Part shown: positions 28,010-39,621 of the stretch, piece after piece
Numbering within the stretch: the first letter of the stretch is position 1
Layout: every line of letters starts with the position of its first letter
Origin: Felis catus
Taxonomy: Eukaryota
NCBI RefSeq assembly: GCF_018350175.1
Contig: NC_058368.1
Span: 178,500,001 to 178,564,000 of the forward strand
Reading direction: 5' to 3'
DNA length: 64,000 nt
Position numbers and translations under genes: made by a program
Notes under the pieces: model-generated
The model's input: only the letters and a program-made list of their open reading frames with translations
What the model was told of the DNA's origin: nothing
The model's database searches: none

Positions 28010-28237
28010 CTTTTTATTATTTTTTAAATTTTTTTAATGTTTATTTATTTTTGAGAGAGAGGGAAAAACAGAATGTGAGGGGGGAGGAGCAGAGAGAGAG
28101 GGAGACACAGAATCGGAAACAGGCTCCAGGCTCTGAGCCATCAGCCCAGAGCCTGACGCGGGGCTCGAACTCCGGACCGCGAGATCGTGACCTGGCTGAA
28201 GTCGGACACCCAACCGACTGCGCCACCCAGGCGCCCC
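28010..28237 (-). mobile_element. CanSINE with a young-type 5' half (chimeric; see findings)
   Basis: Ends gactgcgccacccaggcgcccc and carries gagccatcagccc, as the 9477 copy does. Confidence 0.93.
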
Positions 28238-28442
28238 AATGTTTATTTATTTTTGAGAGAGAGGGAAAAACAGAATGTGACTGGGGGAGGAGCAGAGAGA
28301 GAGGGAGACACAGAATCCGAAGCAGGCTCCAAGCTCTGAGCTGTCAGCACAGAGCCCGACACAGAGTGGGAAGTCACAGACAGCGAGACTGTGACCTGAG
28401 CCGAAGCCGAACACTTAACCAACTGAGCCACCCAGGTGCCCC
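28238..28442 (-). mobile_element. CanSINE, older type
   Basis: gagctgtcagcacagagc...gagccacccaggtgcccc. TSD-like caaatcacttaa at 27993 and 28442 brackets both SINEs. Confidence 0.93.
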
Positions 28443-29014
28443 AAATCACTTAAGCCCCAAATTCCTCTTCTGGGTGAAAGAGTGAATTATATGAATGAGA
28501 AGTACATGAATGAATGATACTATGACAATCACAGCCAGCTGACCAGGAAATTTTGATGTCCTACCCAGCTCCAATAATGTGATATTCATACTAAGAATCC
28601 AGGACTACATTTCCCAGGCTCCCTTGCACCTGGGTGGGACCATGTGACTAGTCCTCACAAATGGAAGGTGAAGATAAGCGGTGCATGTCACTTGTAGGCC
28701 GAGGTGGTTAAGTACCAATCACCCTCATTTTCTCTCTGCACCCATTCCCTCCTTTCAGTCTATTGGCTAGATAATTCTGGGGTCACCTCAAGGCCACAAA
28801 ACAGTGGAGCCATAAGATGAAGGAGCCTGATTCCACGAACAACCACCTAGAGGGGAGCCGCCCAACCAGAAGCATATATTCTAGACTCCCTGCAAATGGA
28901 AATGCACTGTTGTTGGGAAAAGCCAATAAAATCTTGGCATTGTCACAGCAGTTAATCCATCCTTGATAATTCTCCTGCCTCTCAGGGTTGTTACGCAGAT
29001 TAAAGAAGATGGGC

Positions 29015-29455
29015 GTAGTGGCTTCAATGGTGCCCCAACACCCACCCCCCTCCTGCCAGCCCTGGAAAAAAGATTTGTCCGTGTCCAAATCCTTGGACCA
29101 TGTGAATGTGGTCTTATTAGAAGAAAAAGGTCTTTGCAGATGTAATTAAGGATTTTGAGATCATCCTGGATTACCTGGGTGTGCTCAAAAACCAACGACG
29201 ACTGTCTTTGTAAGACAGAAGAGGAGAAGGTCCAGTGAAGATAGTTGCAGAGATTGGAGTGACACGGCCACAAGCCAAGGAATGCCTGGGACCTCCAAAA
29301 GCTGTGAGAGACAAGGAAGGACCCTCCCCTAGAGCTGTGTAGGCAGCCTCTTGATTTCAGACTTGTGGCCTCCAGAGCTATGAGACAATACATTTCTATT
29401 GCTTGAAGCAGCCCAGTATGTAGCAATTTGTTACAGCAACACTAGGAAACTAACA
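29015..29455 (+). mobile_element. MaLR solo LTR (MLT1B/C/D-like)
   Basis: gtctttgcagatgtaattaag...gccacaagccaaggaatgcc...tggcctccagagctatgagacaatacatttct...ttgttacagcaacactaggaaactaaca. Confidence 0.85.
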
Positions 29456-29736
29456 TAATGAGGTATGTACAGAGCCTAGCAAGAAGGCACTCAGTAACTT
29501 GTGAATTGTAAAAAAGTAGCCCCAGAGGCCGTTACAGTTTGCTCCTTGGAGACAGGGTCTTCTGGGAGATAGTGTCCCCTGAGAGCAGGCGCAGTTCAAA
29601 TCTATCTGGTCAACCCCTTGAGCTTTGTGCGAGCAATCTTATTGTTTGTGGATGACAAACATACATATTTATTAACGTGCCACAAGGGAAATTAAAAAGC
29701 CCTTTCTGCAGCGTCTCTTTTCAAATGCCTGCAGAT

Positions 29737-29942
29737 GGGGCGCCTGGGTGGCTCAGTTGGTTGAGCGTACAACTTCAGCTCAGGTGATGATCTCATGGTT
29801 CATGGGTTCGAACCCCGTGTCGGGCTCTGTGCTGACAGCTCAGAGCCTGGAGCCTGCTTCCGATTCTGTGTCTCCCTCTCTCTCCACCCCTCCCCTGCTC
29901 GGCTCTGTCTCTCAAAAATAAATAAATCTTTAAAAAAAAAAA
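29737..29942 (+). mobile_element. CanSINE
   Basis: ggggcgcctgggtggctcagttggttgagcg head, (CT)n, aaaaataaataaa, poly-A. No clear TSD. Confidence 0.94.
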
Positions 29943-31764
29943 TTTTTTTTTTTTTAATTTTAAAGGAAGCAGCTGCTGCGGCCAGCGCCCTGGGCTGGCA
30001 GACCAAGAGCCAGCCTCAAGAGCAAGCCGTGGCTTCCTCCCTCTGCTTTAGTGCGCCCATCTATAAAATGAGGGCAATCATAGTACTTATTTCATAGATC
30101 ACAGGATCAAATGAGATGCTGTGTTCCAAGTACTTAGCAGAGTGCCTGTCACATGTTAGTGCTTAGGAATTGAGAACCCTAGTTATGGGTAGAGAAATAA
30201 TCTTCAGAAGGAGTATGGTAAGAACACTGCCTGGGAGTCAGTGGACATGGGCTCCAGACTACGTTCTGGAGGCTGTAGAGAAATGTCTGAATCCCAATCC
30301 CTGCACCATCAAAGCTGTGTGGCTTTGGGTAAGTCACTTCACTTCTCTGAGCTCAGACAGCTCACCGGCAGAAGGGAAGTTCACATGTTATTGGATCCTA
30401 TACTTCTGGGCAAAGTGAATCCTATGATTCCAGGAAAAGAGAAGGGGTTAAAGCCTTTCAAAGGCTCATAATCTTTGACTGTGATCCCTGCTTTTAGAAA
30501 TCTATTGGAAGAAAAGAATCGGAGAGGTGAACAAAGACTGATGTTCGAAGGTTGTCACTGGAGGAGAGCTAATAATAACAAAACCTTGAAAATAGTCTAA
30601 ATGTCTCCTAATTGGAAAGTACACATGTTACGGCACATCAGTAAAATGAACTATCAGAGACATGAAGCATATGTTGCAAAATAATATCACCTTAATGGGA
30701 ATGTGTTTCTATTTAAAATAAGAAGGACATACTTAAAATCATACAGAACATTCCTAAATTTATTTTTAAAAAGCATTTGCATTTGTCTTTAGAATATAAT
30801 CTAAACATCAATACTTTGACAGTGGTTTCCTTGGGATGTTGGACTTGATTTCTTCTTTTCTGTGCTTCTCAGATTCTCTACCACTTCCCTCTGTTAATTT
30901 GTGAACAGAAAGCCTTACACACAGGAACCTGTTGACCTACATGATCTCTATGGGCCCTTGGAGGGACGTTCTATGACTCAGCAAAAGGGTGGGAATATTC
31001 TCTTTGTAGCTTCGAAGCCCCCACCATGCAGGGAGTCAGAAGGGGACGGGAGAGGGAATATCTTTCAGTCCTTGGACCCCATTCTGGCAGGCACCACTAA
31101 GAATAGTTAATGCATTTGGGGCCCTGAATCTTGCCAGAGTCAAACATGCCCAGGGTGGGGACTTCTTGTTCACTCCTGATCACATGCCGTTGACTTGCCA
31201 CGAACACGCACTTAGGAGGGGGCTACTGCCCAGGACCACAGCATCACTGGGAGCCCTTGGTTCTCATCACCCCAGAGTCCGAGTCCCGTGGACTGTGGTA
31301 TGAAAAGAGCTCCATCAGCCTGCATCTACTTCCCCTACCTTGTCTCTCCCCACCACCCCCAGTGCTCAAATCAGGTCTGGCCCGGGCTAGGAAATTGAAA
31401 CCCGCTGCCATCTTCCACTTCTATGGCTCTCTCATCTTTATCCCCAGGTTCTGGTCCCCATATTGTGTTCTAATAGATCCAAACTCTCCCAGACCTGTCA
31501 GTTCCAGGAAAATGACGGGTGCAAGTGAGGGTAGGGGTGGGTGGAGCAGGTCCACCTACCAGCAGAGTGTGACCTGAGCTCCACTAAACTAACAAGCCAA
31601 CAAACACCATTCCTCAATATCCAACAGCATGGCGTCCATGGAATATACTACGGCTCACCCATATAAAATGTGTACTGTACAAGCTTTTAAAAAATGTTTT
31701 CTGGAATGGGAAAACAAGTACAATATTCTGTTACGTTAAGGAGCAAGAGTTTCTTTTCTGGTCA

Positions 31765-32062
31765 AATGCTACAACAGGGATGAACCTTGAGTACATTATG
31801 TGAAGTGAAATAGCCTGACACAAAGGGGCAACTTTGGTACGATTCTATTTATACGAGGAATCTAAAGTAGTTAGACTCAGAGGAACACAAAGCAGATAGC
31901 GGTTGCCAAGGAGGAGGGAGAAATGGGGAGTCGTTGTGTAATGGGTTATAGAGTTTCAGTTTTGCAAGACGACCAAGTTCTGGAGACCTGGGGCACAACA
32001 ATGTCAATATCGTTAGCACTTCCAAATTGTACACTTAAACTGGTTAAGATGGTGAACGTTTT
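31765..32062 (+). mobile_element. Old L1 3' end (L1MB-like)
   Basis: gatgaaccttga...gtttcagttttgcaaga...gttctggaga...ttgtacacttaaactggttaagatggtgaa. Confidence 0.8.
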
Positions 32063-33500
32063 TTGAAAAAGCAAAAGATTTTCTTCTGACGAAACCACAA
32101 ACAGCAGCAAAACCCCGATTCTCTGTTTATCTAGCGATGCGACAGTGGTAAGAACAGCTCTGGCCCCGGATCTCAGGGAGCTTATACACTCCAGCGGGAA
32201 GACCAGTGAATGGGGAATAGGCACAAGAAGAAACAGCATCACAAGGACAAGGAGGGAAGGAGCTGCATACATGTGCTCCGAGCATGTTAAACCACAGCCC
32301 CGACCTGGGCCCAGGAGTCGAGGAGAGTGACTAAGGGAACAGAAGTGAGGGGAGGACCCCAGGACTGAATTCCAGGGAAGGGGAAGAGCTCACTAGCAGG
32401 TGGGGACCCAGGAATGTGCCCTCTGGAGGCAGAGAATGCCTGAATCCTTTTAGGAGTGTCTGGAAGGACACACATGCACCCTGACCAACAGATTCTCTCC
32501 AGGAGGTGGGGTCATCATTGTGCTCTATCCTCCTCCTGCACTTCTCTATCCTACAGCTTTTCCACGGTGAGCTTGGTTGATTTTGCAGTAAGGAAAAAGC
32601 ATGAGGAAACGACCTTACTGTGCAGATGGATAGCAGTGCTTTTTATTTATTTATGCTCTTCCTTGTTTCAAAGAGGATTTCAAGCTGCTTACAATTATGT
32701 TAACAATATAGCAGGCTAAGATACCTTGTCACTAAGTAAGAAACATGAGGGGAAGGAAAAGTGCGGCTGAAAGAGTGAAACGAGAAAGGTGGGAGGCTTC
32801 CCTTCGCTCGGAGGGAGCAGCCCTGTCCTGCTCCTCCTCAGGTCCAGTCTTGCCATTTAATTCAAATATGGACATTTAATTGTCCTGTTTTTATCCATTG
32901 TCTTCTCAACTCCAGTGAAAAATCGTTCACCGTGATTTCCTCTGTCTTTTATTACTCTCTCCCCGAAAATATGTCATTTTATTTTTCCATTGTGCCTTTT
33001 TGCAGTTTTAAAAATCCATCTTCCCTTCCCCACGGGGACCCACCACAGTAGAGTGACATATTTGGAGTCTCCGCACGGTAGGTCCTCAAGTGTGTGAGCG
33101 AATGGCTCAGCGAGGACTGAGGGCCACTCATTCCCACTGCCAGCGGCACGGGCTCAGCACGGGCTCAGGACGTGGTTGCCAATTTGATTTATGGGACTTA
33201 TTATCCCAAGTGGTGGCGGAGAATAGATATTGATTCAAAAGGGTTTAAATAAATAAATGGATGCACAATCCAGAAAGGGCTATAGACTGAAGAGGGGGGC
33301 TTGTAAAGCAGCTGAGGTAGACGTTGTAAAGGAACATTGGTCCTCTTGAAAACCGTGCTTAAGGGAGTCATGGAGGAGCAGGCACGAGCTGTGGGGTCAG
33401 CAAGCACAGGTTCACGTCAGGCTCCATCACATCATGTGACAGGGGAGTGACCTTGGGCAAAGCATAGAAACGAGGCCTTTTGTGAGGACTGCTGAGAGGA

Positions 33501-33830
33501 ATGTATATATATTTGTGTATGCATATGCATGTATATGTGTATGTATATGCATGTGTGTGTATGTATAGGTTTATGGACATGTGCGTATGTGTATGTGTGT
33601 ATGTGTGTGCATATGCACATTGTGTGCACATGCACATGTACATTTGTACACGTGCATATGCATATACAGCTGTAAAAACGTGCATGCATGTATATGTATA
33701 TGTGTGCATATATGTGTATATGTATGTGAAAGTGTGTACACATGTGTGTGTGCAAATATGTACATGCATGTACGCAGTGTGTGTCTACACATGTGTATAC
33801 ATGCATCTGTATATGTATATGTATTTGCAT
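33501..33830. repeat. Long degenerate (TG/TA/CA)n purine-pyrimidine repeat
   Basis: ~330 bp of atgtatatgcatgtgtgt-type alternating sequence. Confidence 0.9.
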
Positions 33831-34072
33831 TTGGATGTGGCTCATGCCCTGGCCCATAGTAACTGCTCAATAAATGAAAATCCCACTTATAACTCTATAC
33901 TTCTATTCCATTTGTGCACCGGTGAGCAACCTGATATAAGAATATAGAGGGCGTTTCTAAAGCTCCCCTATACCACTCCATATAGTTATTTCAGGATTTT
34001 TCATCCCCACAGGTTCAGTTCTACCACAATCACTAGCAACAGTAAGTTTCCCTTTTAAATCACTTACAATAT

Positions 34073-34622
34073 ATTCTAGTTACTGGGACTGCATAACAAA
34101 TTCCCTCAAAATATAGTGGCATAAAACAACCATTTAATTTGCTCGTGGGTTTTGTGGATGGGGAATTCAGAGAGTGCACAGAGTGGGTGGCTGGTCTCTG
34201 CTCCATGATGTCTGTGGCCGCAGCTGGGGGACTTGAAGGCTGGGGCTGGCGTCATTGGCAGGCTCCTTCACTCATGTCGGTGGGGGATGCTGGTTGTTGG
34301 CTGAGAAGCGAACTGGGGCTGTCGGCTGGAACACCTCCATGTGACCTCTTGGCTTCCCCATGATACAGTGGCTGGCTCCAAAGGAGGTGTCCCGGGAGAG
34401 GGTGCTCAGTGAAAGCTGTATCGCTGTTTATGACTTAGCTTTGGAAATCACACAGTGTCACTTCTACCACATTCTATTGGCAAGGTGGTTACAGAGCTCT
34501 GCCAGTGTTGAAGGACACAGATGCCCCTCTTGATGGAGGAGCGTTGATGTCACATTGTAGGAAGAGCACGTGGGATGGGATGCATATTGGTGTGGCCATC
34601 TTTGGAAAATACAATCTGCCGG
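34073..34622 (-). mobile_element. MaLR LTR remnant (MLT1G/H-like)
   Basis: ctgcataacaaa..ccctcaaaa..tagtggcataaaacaacc...cacttctaccacattctattgg...ggccatctttggaaaatacaatctgcc. Confidence 0.7.
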
Positions 34623-35199
34623 TCAGAAAGCTTAGGTGATCTCTTATTTTTCAAGAGGCACCAAAGATTTAGGTATAATTATCTCCATTCTAGAAATGGA
34701 CAAACTGAGACAAAGATGCAAAGCAATTTGCCTTAGGCACTCTATTTAACCTCTCTGAACCTCAGTTACCTCATTTATAAAATGGGTAGAAAAACCTCTA
34801 CCTGAATAGATTGGTATGAGCCCGCAGTGCTTATTACATTAGAGTGTTGGAGGCTTGAAGTTGGGAAGGCGTTTTGTGATTTCTAACAGCCCAGGTGAAT
34901 GCAGAGCACTAATCTTTATTGTTGTAGTATCGTTATTTCCTTGCCCTTCACCTACAGCCCCACAGCCAGCTAAGGACCTGAGTATTTCTCCATGTACCTT
35001 TGAGAGCAGAGCTTGTCCCAGCATTTCGGAGGGGGGCTCACTTTCGTGCAGCAGAAGAGCTCACGGGCCCCATTTCTTGCCTGTTTCCCTCTTCCAAAAG
35101 GACAAGTACCTTGGGAAGAGGCTACCTGGCTGAGCAGGCTGCCCCTGGACCTGGCTGGCTGGGACAGCAGTGGGACTGTCACTGCTTTCAGCTTCTGCT

Positions 35200-36270
35200 T
35201 GGTTGGGCTTTAAAAGGTGGATTTCTCTTCCTCTGCCTCAAATCTCCATTATTCCTAACCTTCCTCATTACTCTGAACGAAGTAAGTTTTAAAAAAATCC
35301 CAATAATGTAGTTGAGGAAACTGAAGCTCAGAGAGGTGTTGTGACCTGCGCAGGGTCACACAGCATGCAAGTGTCGAAGGCTCTGGAGGGTTTGGACGCT
35401 CCTGTGGGGAAATGCCAGCCCCCTAGTGGCTGATAAGCCCAACCCTTTGGAGCTCTAACTCCTCCTCCTTCCCTCATGTCAACAAAAGGAAAATCATTTC
35501 CCGTTCCTGACTTCTGTGCCAGACCAGAGAGACTGAGTGACGAAGAAATGTCTCTAAATGCACCGGGATGGTCTTTCCTGGCTTCTCAGTTTTGCTGTCT
35601 TTTGTTGTTCAAAATCTGTTTTCTACAGACCCTGGAAATTGCAGGTGTGGGGGCCTGGTAACGGCTGCTGTTGTCTCCTGGGTTGGTACCTACTCTCTTG
35701 AGTTTGTGTCCCGGGGCTGTGTGCTCAGACTTGACCATGTTTGGGCATGGAGGCTTGTCCCAGATGGGGACCAAAGCCCGCTTTCCCAGAGATGGGCTGG
35801 GAGCCCAAGCTTCTCGCTGCAGCTCAGGCAGCCTCTTTTGGGGTGGGGGCAGGGGCCAGGCAAGAAGTATCTGCCTGCTGAAGACTCCAAGGCACGGGAG
35901 ACTGTGAGTAGTGCGTCCAGAGCCCTTGGGGAGTGGTTTCTCCAACGATTGACGACTGACCGGGGGTTAGTGGGGAGATAGTGGGGGAGGGAGGCTGGCC
36001 GCGGAACTTCCTTTTTTAAGGGAGGTCCATCAGGATTCTGGGCTCCAGAGGGGCTGACAGTGGTGTCAGCAGAGAGACGAGAACTGCTGGTGTCTGGGCC
36101 CATGGTCTGGTGGCCTACTGGGGGATCACTCCATGGCTGGATCACTCTAGTAGCTCAGTGTCCTAGCACTCAGGTCCCAGCTCCCAGAGCACCAGAGGGT
36201 AGCCGCCCGGAGAGCAGGGCCGGTCCTGGCATTTGTCCCCGGGGGAGGAGTGGGACAAAAAATAGGCTCA
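35200..36270 (+). promoter_or_regulatory. Candidate KCNMB1 promoter / first-intron regulatory region with CArG-like (SRF) and MEF2-like motifs
   Basis: Near-consensus CArG motifs CTTTAAAAGG (35208), CCATGTTTGG (35735), CCTCTTTTGG (35832); CCTTTTTTAAGG (36010); MEF2-like CAAAAAATAG (36256). None is a perfect CC(A/T)6GG. KCNMB1 is an established SRF/myocardin target. Confidence 0.4.
35500..35903 (+). other. KCNMB1: Probable non-coding first exon (5' UTR) of KCNMB1; start uncertain
   Basis: Repeat-free segment ending in a good donor ACT|gtgagt at 35904, about 2.15 kb upstream of exon 2. KCNMB1 is known to have a non-coding first exon. The TSS cannot be read from sequence. Confidence 0.6.
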
Positions 36271-37045
36271 GCAAGAGCACTGGGGGCTTCTGCTCCAAAC
36301 CTTCAGGATTCCCTTTGTTATACTAGTAACTAATGTTTAGTGACAGCCTGCATCGGGCCAGACCCTGTGATCAGTATGTGATATTTGGCATGTGACTTGA
36401 TCTTTGTCAGAACTCCCTGAAGCAGGTACTATTATTTTTGTTTTATAGTCATATGGTTGCTAAGTGGCAAAGTCAGGATTTGATCCCGGATCTGCTGACC
36501 TCAGAGTCCTCCCTGCCCCACCCCCCACCAAACCCTTAAACACCATACTCTACAATCTGTCCTTAAGGAAGAGAATGTCAACCAAAATACCAGGTCTAGA
36601 GGACCCTCCAAAATCCTACCTTCTCCTTCATTCTCCATCTTTCCGAAATTCACCCCAGACTTTGAGTGACTTTTCCAAATGAAAGATATATCCAAAAAGT
36701 CCAGATATTTAGCAACTCTCAAAAGTGAGAAATTCTTCTTGGAGTCTAACTGAAATCCCTCCTCTTATAGCGGCAATCCATTTCTTCCTATCCAGGCCTC
36801 AGGGGATATCAGCAGTTCCTACTCTTCTTCCTGTCTGAAGGCCCTCCCTGTGGTTGTTAAATCCCATCCATACCGATAACCGTATCCATATCCATATCCT
36901 CACCCCATTCTTTTGTCCTGCGTGGTTTTATCACCACTCTGCAAATCTACTCTCTCAGTGTAGGTAAACAGTATCACCAGAGCATTACAGACAGGTGAGA
37001 CCTGAATAGACAGCAGGTTCCAAACTTCTCTGTTATGGGGGGAGC

Positions 37046-37133
37046 CCCTCCCCTCCCCTCTCCTTCCCTCCCCTCCCCTCCCCTGTCCTCTCTCCTCTCC
37101 TCTCCTCTCCTCTCCTCTCCTCTCCTCTCCTCC
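37046..37133. repeat. (CCCCT)n/(CCTCT)n homopyrimidine microsatellite in KCNMB1 intron 1
   Basis: ~88 bp almost purely pyrimidine on the + strand. Confidence 0.95.
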
Positions 37134-37507
37134 TGAGTTCCCAGACCTGGTCACCCAACACCCCTGCCTCCCCAGTGTCAGGAGTGCCCAGGGGCTGGGA
37201 GGACACAAGAAGGCATGCAGCAGAGGAGGCAGTGCCCCTGGGAGGACTGAGTAGCCTGGAAGGTAGGGGACTCACCAATGGCAGCTTCTGGAGTGCACCC
37301 CCCCTCTCCAGTAAAGAGTCCGTTGTGTTCGGGGTACTCAGCCTACCTGGCTGCCTGCTGGAGGCCCTGCTGCCCCTACTCTGCTTGCTGCCCCCAGCCC
37401 GGCCAGCCTTGCCTGGGGGTAGGCCACAGTTTGGTAAACTGTGGAGTGTCCTAGGAGAAAGTGCTTGGGTGTTGCACACCTGCTGCCTACTGTTTCTGTT
37501 TATGTCG

Positions 37508-37800
37508 CTGTATTACTTTTCTATTGCTGCCACAACAATTACTACATACTTGGTGGCCCCAAACAACAGAAATCTCCTCTCACATAGTTCTGGAAGCCAG
37601 AAGTCCAAAGTCTCCTCTGGCTTCTTACCTTCTCCTCTTGTCAAAGGACCCTTGTGATTACATTTGGGGTCTGCATGGATAATTCAGCATAATCTCCCCA
37701 TCTCAGCATCCCTAAAGTCTTTGCCATGTAAAGTACCAGTCGCAGATTCCAGGGCTGAGAATATGGACTTCCTCTTAGGAGCCAATAGTGAGCCTATCAT
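37508..37800 (-). mobile_element. MaLR LTR remnant (MLT1-like, internally deleted) in KCNMB1 intron 1
   Basis: aacaacagaaat..ctcacatagttctggaagccagaagtccaa...aaggacccttgtgattacattt...ataatctcccca. Confidence 0.75.
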
Positions 37801-38079
37801 ACATGCGACCTTGGACTAGTCACTCTACCTCTCTGGGCCCCGGATCCTTCAACAGTGGAAAGGGGATGATACTTGCCTCTCAGAGCAGATGGGAGGCTTA
37901 CATTGGGGTCAAAAAAGCCCTCTGAAGTTGCGACACTCCACATAAAACTAGAGGTGGTGTTGATCTTTGAGTACCCTCCCCTCTTACCTGTCCCCCTTGT
38001 GGGGATTACCTGCTGCCTGTGCTCATCCCGTGTCTGTTTGCCTCTGTGGCTCCAGAAATGACCGCTGCCTGCAGTGGAC

Positions 38080-38213
38080 ATGGGGAAGAAGCTGGTGATG
38101 GCCCAGAAGCGGGGAGAGACTCGAGCCCTTTGCCTGGGTGTGGCCATGGTGGTGTGTGCTGTCATTGCCTACTATATCCTGGGCACGACCATGCTGCCCC
38201 TCTACCAGAAAAG
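38080..38213 (+). CDS. KCNMB1: KCNMB1 first coding exon (exon 2, spanning 38056-38213): cytoplasmic N-terminus and TM1
   Basis: Encodes MGKKLVMAQKRGETRALCLGVAMVVCAVIAYYILGTTMLPLYQK, the recognisable BK beta-1 N-terminus. ATG is in strong context (gacATGg) with an in-frame upstream TGA at 38059. Acceptor tccag| ends at 38055 and the donor is AG|gtactg at 38214. 134 coding nt. Confidence 0.97.
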
Positions 38214-39621
38214 GTACTGCACTCTCCTGGCTGCCCCACCCTCCAGCCATTCTCCCAAGGGTCTGTTCTGCCAGGAACCCCAGCCTCTTCCTACCCCACC
38301 CCTTGACTTCACATCAGGCAGGAAGGTCTGGACAATCCTCAGTCTTAGGGTTCACGGTTCAAGTGCAGGGAGGGTAGGCCTGACCGGACCCTGCTCATCC
38401 GGGGTTCTGGGACCTGGGGGTGGCAGACATAGGAGGCCCTTCTCACAAGAAACGGTGAAGGATCAGAGCAAATGCTCCAGCGTGAGTTTAACCCCGGAGA
38501 AATCAGAGTTCTAGATTTTCATAGCTCATTTGCACAGTTTGACTCCCCTTCGGAAACCTCCTAGTCAGGTGGGTGTCTAGCCTCCTGTTGAATACCTCAA
38601 GTGACAGGGAGCTCAGTACTTCATTGTACATACCATTTCATTTTGGGGCTTTTCTGAGTAGGAAATGTCACACTGAGCCAAAGCCTGCTCCCCTGGAGCT
38701 CTGTTCTGGAAGCTCACAGATGTTCCATGCCCTTGCTCCCTGACATGTCAACCACTCGAGCTTTTAAAGGAAAAGGTGTGAAGTTCCTGATCCATTCTCT
38801 CCACTTGTGTTTTGAGGATAAGTCTCAGACCCTCGCCTCTGGACATTTCCAGCTGCTGATAGTCTCTCCATCTGGCAATGTGTGTCTTGCCTGATAAACG
38901 GGGGATGAGTCACAGTTGATCCCCTGATGGGTTGATGAGCCTGTTAGCCTCTCCTGGGCCTGCTTCTTCCCCATGTTTTATAACCCTGGAGCGATTCCAG
39001 GTTGGAATCTTACCCGAGAGAGGCATTGTACAGGACTGCTGTGTGCCTATGACACGTTATCTCCAGGTTGACCGCCATCCCCACCAACCTCCCTACCCTG
39101 GCACAAATCAAGTCCCTTCTACATCCACTCATTTTAGGGGAAAAGGCACAGGTCCGGTGTGGCCTCAGAAAAGTCTTTCGACTTTTCTGAGCCCTTCTTC
39201 CCACCGCCTGCAAGATGAGGATGGTGTGGCTAAGGGCTAAGGGGTCTCAGGTCTGGCTGCTCAGTGGAATCAAGGCAGGGGGCTTTTAAAAACATACCAG
39301 GGCCTGGGCCCCGCCCACCTTAGGAATTCTGATTCCCTTGTTCTGGGGCATGGCTTGGACTTGGAAATCTTTTCAAAAGCTCCCCAGGGCTTTGGATCAG
39401 CAGCCCGGGGGAGAATCATTTATCTAGATGATCTCTAAGAGGCTTAAAAGCATTGATATTCTGATTCTATGGTTCTTGTGAGTGGGGTCACACTCCTTTA
39501 GTGCTAGATGATTATGGCAAGATGGAAGTCCCAGGCCTAGTCTCTCCGAAGGGGTTTAAACCTGGTGCTCTGTGCCACCCAGGTTCTGAGATATGTATGT
39601 ATGTGCACATGGTCTCCCCAG

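Noticed and set aside
33368..33947. Overlapping Cys/His/Tyr/Val-rich ORFs resembling metal-binding proteins
   Set aside because: Artefact of the TG/TA/CA repeat, which is open in several frames.
38214..38514. Read-through of KCNMB1 exon 2 in the 146-aa ORF
   Set aside because: Similarity to beta-1 ends at the gt donor (38214); the rest is intron 2 with no support as coding.
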